In this document: positions 1 to 8,087 of the stretch, one piece after another
Layout of the letters: every line of letters starts with the position of its first letter
How positions within the stretch are numbered: the stretch's first letter is position 1
Assembly: GCA_037447435.1 (NCBI GenBank)
Contig: JBBIGR010000009.1
Location: 80,875-144,874 of the forward strand
DNA: 64,000 nt
From: Fibrobacteria bacterium
Lineage (GTDB): Bacteria > Fibrobacterota > Chitinivibrionia > Chitinivibrionales > FEN-1185
Direction of reading: 5' to 3'
The notes under the pieces: model-generated
Databases searched by the model: none
What the model was told of the DNA's origin: nothing
What the model saw: the letters and a program-made list of their open reading frames with translations, nothing else
Made by a program: the position numbers and the translations under genes

Positions 1-1
1 C

Positions 2-190
2 TTCCGTCAATTTAACGCAGCATCGCCCTTTGTCGCCTCCCCAAAACGCACTGCGGAATGCTTTACGATTTCGGGAAAAAAAGTTGCCGCTACCGTCGCC
101 AATACGGGGAAAATAAAGGCGTTTCAGGGTATAGTTATAATGCGATATCCTGACGGCACGGTACGGCGGAAAATCGCGGACGGCAAATAA
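2..190 (+). CDS. 3' end of a gene truncated by the window edge; basic C-terminal tail of a probable secreted protein
   Basis: Open frame from base 2 to TAA at 188-190 (…ECFTISGKKVAATVANTGKIKAFQGIVIMRYPDGTVRRKIADGK*), resembling the C-terminal tails of the GH18 and GH44 proteins in this window. Confidence 0.55.
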   Translation, partial: FRQFNAASPFVASPKRTAECFTISGKKVAATVANTGKIKAFQGIVIMRYPDGTVRRKIADGK

Positions 191-252
191 GCAAGATTGT
201 TCCTAGAACGGATCCATTTGTCGTGCCCAAAACATGACGCTCGACAGTAAGC

Positions 253-1452
253 TCAATACACTATCGGATGTTGCGGGGCAATGTTGAGCGGTAACGGGTT
301 CTCCAGCGTAATGCGGTTACGACCTTCCCGTTTCGACGTATACAGCATTTCGTCAGAGCGCTTGACAATAGATTTCTCGTCTTCGCCGGGCACCGCTTCG
401 GCAATGCCGATGGACAGGCTTACGCGGCCGAACTTGAATGCGCCGAATTGCTTCGAAATACGTTCGGCGACCACCTTGGCCTGGATCTTGTCGGTATCCG
501 GCAGTATGATGGAAAATTCGTCGCCGCCGTATCGGAAGCCCGAGTCGACATCTTTACGTATGCAAACCTTGATCACCTGGCCGAGCGATTTGAGCACTTG
601 GTCGCCCACCTGATGGCCTTCGGTGTCGTTGAGTTCCTTGAAATGGTCTATGTCGATGAGCATCAGCGACAGCTTGCGCGTAGGGTTGCGTTTGAGCCTG
701 GTGAGTTCGCGCGTGATTTGATCGTAAAAATGTCGCACATTGTACAGCTCGGTCAGGCTGTCGGTGATTGCAAGCTTCGAAAGCAATTCGTTTTTCTTGA
801 CAAGCTCCATTTCGAGCTTTTTCTTTTCGGTAATGTCTTTGGCGGTCACCACAAGTCCGATGATCTGTGAAAAATCGTTTTTCATTTCCGAAATGCTGAG
901 ATTGAGCAAAATGATTTCGCCCTGCTTCGTTTTCATGGGTATTTCCTCATTCACCGATTTTCCGGTAAGAAGCACGGTGTTGAGGATTTTCCGTTCGTCG
1001 GCTTCGTTGACGAACATGGTGCGCAGCGGCACGCCGACGATTTCCGCCTGGGTAAAGCCGAAATGCATTTCCGAGCCTTTATTGAACTTCAGGATAAACG
1101 CATCCATATCTGTTGTAAAGATAATGTCGGTGGAATCGTCCAAAATGCTTTCCAGATAATTTGCCTTGCTTTGAATGCGGCGCACGGTTTGCAGGTTCTT
1201 GTCCATTTTTTTTGCAAATTCCCGCATATACCAGTAAAACCAATGGAACACGACCCACAATATGCCGCCGATGCAGGCGAGCGAAATTGAAAAACTCAAC
1301 CAAAGCGGGATGCCGATTTCAAGGGGAAGGTACACGCCGGCGAGTACGATTACAAAAGAAAAAACTCCAAGCGCGCCGATCTTTGTCGCCGGCAAGGCGA
1401 CAAAATTGTTTTTGTCGGGGAATAAGGTCTTAAACGCGCTCACACATTCCAT
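253..1452 (-). CDS. Membrane-anchored PAS-domain diguanylate cyclase
   Basis: Two N-terminal hydrophobic segments, PAS/PAC ending in KDITE, then TDSLT, DIDHFK, GHQVGD and intact RYGGDEF. Confidence 0.92.
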   Translation of the reverse strand: MECVSAFKTLFPDKNNFVALPATKIGALGVFSFVIVLAGVYLPLEIGIPLWLSFSISLACIGGILWVVFHWFYWYMREFAKKMDKNLQTVRRIQSKANYLESILDDSTDIIFTTDMDAFILKFNKGSEMHFGFTQAEIVGVPLRTMFVNEADERKILNTVLLTGKSVNEEIPMKTKQGEIILLNLSISEMKNDFSQIIGLVVTAKDITEKKKLEMELVKKNELLSKLAITDSLTELYNVRHFYDQITRELTRLKRNPTRKLSLMLIDIDHFKELNDTEGHQVGDQVLKSLGQVIKVCIRKDVDSGFRYGGDEFSIILPDTDKIQAKVVAERISKQFGAFKFGRVSLSIGIAEAVPGEDEKSIVKRSDEMLYTSKREGRNRITLENPLPLNIAPQHPIVY

Positions 1453-1666
1453 CCTTTTAAAAAGGACTGTGAATATAGTCTAACCGGTTAAAAAAATCGG
1501 ACTTTAATATACCGGATACTTAAAATAAATATCTACACTCATGATTTTACAATAAATAATGAATAAAAACAGTAAAAAAGTGCTCATGCGGAATATGGGC
1601 AGCTATATATATTTTACTACCGTATATGCAGGCAGAAAGAATTAGGCTTTAATCAGAGGATGAACG

Positions 1667-2044
1667 TTGGGAAAACCCGAAAAAACCAAAGGGCAATACG
1701 AAGCCGAAATAAGCGAAGCCGTAACCCGCTTTGAAAAAGAATACATGGGACGCGGTCCTTTAGAAACCCGTACGTATATTCTGGATGATATGGTCTTGGT
1801 GAGGCTCAAAGGGGTTTTAACCAAGGCGGAATATAGGCTCGTTAAAACCGAGCGAAATACGAAAGCCCGCGATTTAATCAAACAGGTCCGTATCGAATTG
1901 CTTGAAAACGGCAGGCCCCTGCTCGAAGATATAATCAAAGACGTGCTTCGTCGAAAAGTCAAAAGCCTTCATACCGACATTTCCACAATGACCGGCGAAC
2001 GCCTCATCATATTTACTCTCGATAAAAAACCGTTCGAAGAGTAA
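1667..2044 (+). CDS. DUF2294 (MpsC-like) family protein
   Basis: KTKGQYEAEIS…FEKEYMGRGP…GVLTKAE…SLHTDIS…GERLIIF pattern typical of DUF2294; TTG start. Confidence 0.8.
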   Translation: MGKPEKTKGQYEAEISEAVTRFEKEYMGRGPLETRTYILDDMVLVRLKGVLTKAEYRLVKTERNTKARDLIKQVRIELLENGRPLLEDIIKDVLRRKVKSLHTDISTMTGERLIIFTLDKKPFEE

Positions 2045-2049
2045 GACGG

Positions 2050-3237
2050 TCAGTTTAAAAGTTCCAGGCTGAAACCTTTATATTGGGCAAGCTCCAGGAT
2101 TATCGGTTTCGGCAAACTATGATGCCGGGCCGATTCGAATATCGTGATCTGCGGTGAAGCGATATGATCGGGGTATACTTTGGAAACCGCACCGATGGCA
2201 TTGTCAAGATCGGCAATCGGCCCGTGTACGATTTTAATCCGCGCGCCGAGCGGATACACGGGAAAAATGCCCAGCAGTGTCTTGACAATATCGGCATTCA
2301 GTTTCGTTTTTGAGTATTCGACCAGTTTTTTTGCCGCATGCAACGGGTCCATTCGTTGTTGGAAATGCTGCCTTCCGTGTATGAGCATTGCATAGGTGTC
2401 TGCAACAGCCACGATTTGCGCGAACCGGTGTATGCATCCCTGATGGGAAAAATCCTTGAGCGGCGGTCTGTTCTCCGCAGTCATGTTTTGCGGATATCCG
2501 CTGCCGTCCTGGTACTCGTGATGCGACAATGCCACTATGGCGCTTGTGGGAGGAATTTCCGGGTTTCCCTTGAGCATCAGATAGCCGTACGTCGTATGCT
2601 GTTGCAGCAAAAGCCGTTCTTCGTCGGTCAACGCTGTTTGCTTTTCGAGAATAGACGGCGGTACCGCAAGCATGCCGATGTCGTAATTGAGCGCCCCGAG
2701 TCCCAGCTGTTTCATTTCATGCGCCGGCAGCCTGTATTTCTGCCCGATGCAAAGCGCTATGATTGCCACGTTTATCGAATGTTCGAGAAGATTATCGCTT
2801 GCTTCCCGCATCCTGTTGAGGTTTACAATTGTCCACGGTTCATGCGATACGTCTTCTACAAGCTTGATTGCCGCCGTCAATATTCCGGTATCGCGTATCA
2901 GTTTGGAAAGAGTGCCTTTGTCTTTTTCAATGATATCGGAAATTTTTTCATTGTTCTTTCGCGACTGGGCCATAATCGACGATATTGCTTTGGACGATTT
3001 GTCGAATACGGAAATCAGTTCGAGTTCGGTTTGATGACTTATTACTTTTTCCGGAACGATTTTTTCCATGCCAGTAACAGCTATGGGTATCGAAACGAAT
3101 CCCCTGAGTCTGAGCATTTCGATATGATTCTTTTTTAAGGTAAAACCGCCCGCAATGAGCAGATTACCCTGCCGGTCGAATAATGAATCGGCCAGGATCA
3201 TTCCTTCTTTTACTTCATCCAGGTTATAAAAAACCAT
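2050..3237 (-). CDS. HD-GYP domain protein with degenerate HD dyad (YD)
   Basis: EHSINVA, YDIG (normally HDIG), HHEYQDGSGYP, IVAVADTY; N-terminal GMILA motif. Confidence 0.88.
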   Translation of the reverse strand: MVFYNLDEVKEGMILADSLFDRQGNLLIAGGFTLKKNHIEMLRLRGFVSIPIAVTGMEKIVPEKVISHQTELELISVFDKSSKAISSIMAQSRKNNEKISDIIEKDKGTLSKLIRDTGILTAAIKLVEDVSHEPWTIVNLNRMREASDNLLEHSINVAIIALCIGQKYRLPAHEMKQLGLGALNYDIGMLAVPPSILEKQTALTDEERLLLQQHTTYGYLMLKGNPEIPPTSAIVALSHHEYQDGSGYPQNMTAENRPPLKDFSHQGCIHRFAQIVAVADTYAMLIHGRQHFQQRMDPLHAAKKLVEYSKTKLNADIVKTLLGIFPVYPLGARIKIVHGPIADLDNAIGAVSKVYPDHIASPQITIFESARHHSLPKPIILELAQYKGFSLELLN

Positions 3238-3267
3238 TGCACCCCTCTTTGCGTTTCAAAAAGAAAA

Positions 3268-3283
3268 CGCAAATAGAATGCCA
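3268..3283 (-). promoter_or_regulatory. Sigma-54 (-24/-12) promoter upstream of the HD-GYP gene
   Basis: Minus strand TGGCATTCTATTTGCG = GG-N10-GC, about 30 bp upstream of the ATG at 3237. Confidence 0.7.
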
Positions 3284-3394
3284 TGAGTTTTTTAGAGAAA
3301 ATTAATTTTGTAACTTGTTTTAAAACAGGTTGTTGCAAAGAAGTTGGGCTAATAAAATAGCTAGGTCATAATAGGATAAAAGTGACATTTTGTC

Positions 3395-4414
3395 CTATTG
3401 AAGATTTTGATTCGATTTGCGCCGAAATGCATTTGGATCTATGCAAAGCTGTTTCAATTTATTCAGCAAATTCGGTCTATACATTCCGGCGGCTATGGCA
3501 GCCTGATTGATATTTCCCTTATAATGATGAAGCAATTTAGTAAAATATTTGACCTCGAAATCATGAAGCATATTTGCTTTTGCTTCCTGATACGATAATT
3601 GCGGATTCGCTTCGGGCTCATTGATTTTTAAAACCGAACGAACCGCTTTTTCGCTTATCGTCTTAAGGCCCATGCTTGCAATGCATATGACTTCAATGGT
3701 GTACTGTAATTCGCGCAGGTTTCCGGGCCATGAATGTTCTACCAACATTTCCAGTGCCATCGGAGAAATCCTTCGCGGAATTTTCGGATCTTCCTTGATG
3801 GTGATGAAATGGTCGATAAGGTCGGGAATGTCTTCGCGATGTTCATGCAAAGGAATCGTTTTAATGACTGCACCGCATATTCGGGACAATAAATCCGTAC
3901 GAAAGCCGTTGCTAGCGCAACAGGCCTCAAGATCGATCGTGGTGGCGCAAATGATTCTGACGTCCGCGGCCCGTTCGTCTCTCGACCAATTCGGGGAAAA
4001 ATATCCTGTGTCAAGTATTTTGAACAGGGTGTCCTGCATTACAGGGGACATGGCGTTAATTTCGTTTAAAAACAGTGTCGAATGGTTTGCGCATGCAATA
4101 AGCCCCATTTTCGCGGGCCATGTGCCGCCGCTTGCTCCATGGGGATTGCCTAAAAATTCTTCATCTTCGAGATGGGGCGGAATAGTTGCGCAATTGGTAC
4201 TGATCATGTCGCGGCCTCTTCTCGGCCCGATTGCATGCAAGGCGGAAGCGATGATGTCTTTTCCGGTACTCGGTTCACCCCATATCAAAACCGGAAATTC
4301 GCATGACGCAATGCGGTTTATCTCACGGCGAAGCTCCTTCATGTATTGCGATTCGCCCACAAGACCCGGGAAATCTTTTAAAAGAGGATTGCTTTGTACG
4401 GATGCTTTTTCCAT
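3395..4414 (-). CDS. Sigma-54 activator-like (bEBP) AAA+/Fis-HTH protein, degenerate
   Basis: GEPSTGKD Walker A, NCA, LFLNEI, RIICAT, WPGNLREL, C-terminal HTH; GAFTGA replaced by GASGGT; start placed at MEKASV (ORF track extends to 4465). Confidence 0.85.
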   Translation of the reverse strand: MEKASVQSNPLLKDFPGLVGESQYMKELRREINRIASCEFPVLIWGEPSTGKDIIASALHAIGPRRGRDMISTNCATIPPHLEDEEFLGNPHGASGGTWPAKMGLIACANHSTLFLNEINAMSPVMQDTLFKILDTGYFSPNWSRDERAADVRIICATTIDLEACCASNGFRTDLLSRICGAVIKTIPLHEHREDIPDLIDHFITIKEDPKIPRRISPMALEMLVEHSWPGNLRELQYTIEVICIASMGLKTISEKAVRSVLKINEPEANPQLSYQEAKANMLHDFEVKYFTKLLHHYKGNINQAAIAAGMYRPNLLNKLKQLCIDPNAFRRKSNQNLQ

Positions 4415-4542
4415 AGTATGTTGATTATACACAAAGAACTTAATCGATTCAACGGAAAATAACAAAGGAAATTAAACAGAAGAAATCACGCCCCAAATAC
4501 CGAATAAATATACAATGTCAAAACACCGTACCTATTAAAAAA

Positions 4543-5682
4543 TCAATGTTCAAATTCCGACGCGCCGATTGCCGAAAATTCCGCTTCGTGATAGAAGCCT
4601 CTTTTTGCCAGAGGCGACGTAAACCATTTAACACGGACAGTAGGTTCAAAAATATGGAATGCCGCGCTTAACTGCATGGTATCGGCAATTGCCGTGTTTG
4701 AGGGGTTTACCACCAATAAATCCGGTACGATTCCTTTACGATGGTAAATTGAATCGGCGCACCCGCAAGCCCGTTTGAAGCGAAGAAAGGTTATTTGGAC
4801 ATCCCGTTTTCCGAATAATTGCCGGTTGATGACGATTTGGCCGATTCCTTTGCCATACGATGTGTCGCCCACGATCGTGACCGTCGAAGCATTTGAATTG
4901 GCTCGACCGTCTTTAAGACCGGCGGCCATCATTTCAGATGCGCTCGCAGATCCTCGATTCATAAGGATGACCACGTTTTTTCCGACAAGCGTTAGGGGAT
5001 GGTTCTGTTTCACACTCCAGCGCTCATTATACTTTGTCATTGCAGTCCTGGTGTTTTTATCGTAATCGCGGTAGGTAGCAATAATGTAGGTTGTGCCTTG
5101 CAAAAGAAAATACGAAAGTATGGAATCGACTGTTGAAATTTCTCCGCCGCCGTTTTGGCGTAAATCGATCATGATGTTTGAAAAACGCGACAATGAGGGA
5201 AGTACTTTTAAAAACTGCGCATAGGTACTGTCTTTCACGAATTCTATGATTTGCAAATAGGCAGTTTTGGCCGTGATGCTGTCGAAAAAAACAGTCGGGC
5301 CCGACGACGGAGTCGAAAAAGTTTCGGAAATAGGGACGCCTGCGTTTCCATAACCCGATGCCGCGGTGTTGTACAACGCGGCATTTATCGTGTCCCTGTA
5401 CTTCGTGTAAAGAACATGATGCAGGGTGTCGTTTGTGCTTGCCAAAAGTTTTTCCGGGCTGCTGTAGGTAAATGCATTCGGCGGCAGCGGCAGGCTGTCT
5501 TGCCAAATGCTGTAGGTCTTGAGATATTGCCAAACGCTTTCGAATTCCAGGAGGTTACTTGAAGGGGGGGCAACAGGGTAGGTACTGCACAAAATGAAGA
5601 AAAAGAGCCCTAATGCCGCAAAAAGGTTTCCCGCCTTGAGGAGGCCTTTGCAAACGCGAAAGATGATCCTTCTGTTTTTCAT
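4543..5682 (-). CDS. S41 family peptidase (C-terminal processing protease-like), exported
   Basis: IDLRQNGGG, SASASE, GDTSYGKG, GIVPD motifs; N-terminal hydrophobic signal. Confidence 0.85.
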   Translation of the reverse strand: MKNRRIIFRVCKGLLKAGNLFAALGLFFFILCSTYPVAPPSSNLLEFESVWQYLKTYSIWQDSLPLPPNAFTYSSPEKLLASTNDTLHHVLYTKYRDTINAALYNTAASGYGNAGVPISETFSTPSSGPTVFFDSITAKTAYLQIIEFVKDSTYAQFLKVLPSLSRFSNIMIDLRQNGGGEISTVDSILSYFLLQGTTYIIATYRDYDKNTRTAMTKYNERWSVKQNHPLTLVGKNVVILMNRGSASASEMMAAGLKDGRANSNASTVTIVGDTSYGKGIGQIVINRQLFGKRDVQITFLRFKRACGCADSIYHRKGIVPDLLVVNPSNTAIADTMQLSAAFHIFEPTVRVKWFTSPLAKRGFYHEAEFSAIGASEFEH

Positions 5683-6350
5683 CAGCCGCCGGCAGCTTTC
5701 CGTATTGCGTCGATTCTCTCTTTGTAATTTGGAGCCTTAAACACATAATTTCCGGCAACAAACACATTGGCGCCGCTTTGTGCGCACAGCGCCGCCGTTT
5801 CATTATTTATCCCGCCGTCGACTTCGATGTCGAGGGCTAAACCGTAAGTCTTTTTTTCGTCAGCGATTGCCTTGATTTTAGGGAGCATTTCGCGTATGAA
5901 CGATTGGCCGCCGAAGCCGGCATATACGGTCATGATAAGCGCCTGGTCCATGTTCCGTAAAAAAGGGATAAGCAGGTCGGTACTTTTGTCCGGGTTTACC
6001 GATGCGCCGCATTTAACGCCCCGTTTACGGATGTCGGAGAGTACCGCGGCCAAATCGGGGCATGTTTCGGCATGAACCATAAGAATGTCGGATCCTGCGT
6101 CGCAATAATTTGCGATATATTTTTGCGGGTTGGAAATCATTAAATGAACGTCCAAAGGAATGGAAACGCATTTTTTCACCGCTTCGATGATAAACGGCCC
6201 GAAGGTAAGGTTTGGAACGAAATGGCCGTCCATGACATCGCAATGGATCCGGTCGGCACCGCTTGCTTCAGCGTCTTTGACTGCTTTCTCGATATTGCGG
6301 AAATCTGCGGACAAAATCGACGGGGCAATTAAAACAGGCGAAGGGTTCAT
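5682..6350 (-). CDS. rpe: Ribulose-phosphate 3-epimerase
   Basis: IAPSILSADF, HCDVMDGHFVPNLTFG, LDVHLMI, GFGGQ, EVDGGIN. Confidence 0.97.
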   Translation of the reverse strand: MNPSPVLIAPSILSADFRNIEKAVKDAEASGADRIHCDVMDGHFVPNLTFGPFIIEAVKKCVSIPLDVHLMISNPQKYIANYCDAGSDILMVHAETCPDLAAVLSDIRKRGVKCGASVNPDKSTDLLIPFLRNMDQALIMTVYAGFGGQSFIREMLPKIKAIADEKKTYGLALDIEVDGGINNETAALCAQSGANVFVAGNYVFKAPNYKERIDAIRKAAGG

Positions 6351-6376
6351 TGTAAACCATCCTTAACAAATCAAAG

Positions 6377-7000
6377 TTACTTTTTGGAAAAAGACAACGG
6401 TTCCGCCATTTGCTTCACGACGTTCCAGTTCGCAGCGACATAATCGTATACCGAAAGTATTGTTACGGTCACCGGAACCAGCATGACCCAAAATCCGGGA
6501 TGACGTCCCCATAGCTTTTCGGGAATCCACGGCACCTTGTACGATATGCCAAGGCATATGAATAAAACCACGAAGGCGCCGATCGCCTGCACCACCGCTT
6601 TGAGTTTGCCGGCCTGACGGGCCGCAAGAACGGTGCCGTTGTAAGCGCACATCATCCGTAAAATGGACAAAAACGCATCGCGGTATAAAAACACCAGGCA
6701 CATCCATAGCGGAATAATATGTGCAGAACAAACCATAAACGAAAGGAAAATGGTTTGCCTGGAAAGACTGTCGGCCATGGGGTCGAGTAATTTCCCGAAA
6801 TCGGAAACCATGTTTTGCGACCGTGCGATAAAGCCGTCCAATGCGTCGGATAATTCTATGAGGCAAACCAGCGCAATGGAAATCCAGAGCCAAAGAATCG
6901 GCGATTGCGCATGAAAACTTCGTATAAAAAAATAGGCGAAAATCGGCGCGATAATGATTCGTGAAATGGTAAGCGCATTGGCAAGATTGAATTTTCGCAT
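6377..7000 (-). CDS. pgsA: CDP-diacylglycerol--glycerol-3-phosphate 3-phosphatidyltransferase
   Basis: ANALTISRI and DALDGFIAR…GKLLDPMAD CDP-alcohol phosphotransferase signature; start at MRKFNL overlapping the upstream stop. Confidence 0.85.
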   Translation of the reverse strand: MRKFNLANALTISRIIIAPIFAYFFIRSFHAQSPILWLWISIALVCLIELSDALDGFIARSQNMVSDFGKLLDPMADSLSRQTIFLSFMVCSAHIIPLWMCLVFLYRDAFLSILRMMCAYNGTVLAARQAGKLKAVVQAIGAFVVLFICLGISYKVPWIPEKLWGRHPGFWVMLVPVTVTILSVYDYVAANWNVVKQMAEPLSFSKK

Positions 7001-7917
7001 TACGTTCCTTGCTTTGTTTGGGGTTCTTGGATAACCGCGGCTATCGATGCTTTGCTGTTGCAACCGAACTGTTTCCAAATATGATTGCATTTTGCGGTGA
7101 AAAGGCAGACGATCGTCGCATTTGCATAGTGCTTCCCGAATTCCGAAAGTACATAATAATTTGCCTGGCCTTTTGCGAGTATCAAATCGGCATCGGATAA
7201 CGCCGTCGACAACTCTTCGCTCATTTCCTTGAACGATATCCCGAGCGTATCGGGTCCTGCCAAAATAAGGGTTGCAACGTCCTGCAATCCGGCTTCTTGC
7301 GCGTCGGACAGTACCGCGTCGCTGGTAATGGGGCCGCCCCGCATGGGTACGGTTATTGTTGCGCCGTTTATTTTCATGGCACGCAGTAACAGTTTGTCGA
7401 AAGGTAATTCCCCCACGTTGTCGGGGATATACACGATACGTTTTGCCTGTAAAACCGCTTCGTAAATCTGCTTCGTCTCGTCAACGGTCAGGCCTGTGGC
7501 ATAATATGAGGTTATGCTTTTTTCAATAGCGCCTGCGTTCAGCTCGTAGCCGATGCCTGCGGTTCTGAAATCAAGACTGTTGGACGCGATCGCCCATCGC
7601 AACAGAAACGAAAATTTGTCCAATCCGGTTTTGAATGCAGACTCTTTTTCAACGTTTTCTGCAATGGCCATTCCTGCGCTCAGACAGGCTTTTCGCATTT
7701 CGGCAAACGGCATTGCGAGTGCAAGATGCCGCTTTATTATCCTATGCAAATCGGTAATAAAATATGACGGCGGTACTTCGTCGGCAATATGCGTCGTCAG
7801 GTATAAAAGCACTTCCTGCATTATGGATGTCGATTGTTTCTGGGAAACGCCCAGCATATCGACAGCGCCTACAACATCGTCAATAAGGCACGAAAGGCAT
7901 TGTGTCACGAATTTCAT
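7000..7917 (-). CDS. DUF89/ARMT1-like damage-control phosphatase
   Basis: N-terminal CxxC, IASNSLD, DNVGELPFD, AKGQANY, AKC motifs. Confidence 0.85.
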   Translation of the reverse strand: MKFVTQCLSCLIDDVVGAVDMLGVSQKQSTSIMQEVLLYLTTHIADEVPPSYFITDLHRIIKRHLALAMPFAEMRKACLSAGMAIAENVEKESAFKTGLDKFSFLLRWAIASNSLDFRTAGIGYELNAGAIEKSITSYYATGLTVDETKQIYEAVLQAKRIVYIPDNVGELPFDKLLLRAMKINGATITVPMRGGPITSDAVLSDAQEAGLQDVATLILAGPDTLGISFKEMSEELSTALSDADLILAKGQANYYVLSEFGKHYANATIVCLFTAKCNHIWKQFGCNSKASIAAVIQEPQTKQGT

Positions 7918-8087
7918 ATTTATAAAATAACTAACCCCGCGCGTCGTTGCAGAATTTCTATATAGATACTAATCCATCCGCTTTGCAGACGGCTTGCCGT
8001 CGCTTTGATAATAAATCGGCCTTGCCTTTATTTCCCCATTCTTATATAATGGGAAAAGCAGGGAAATTGTTTTCCAAAGGAGTCATA

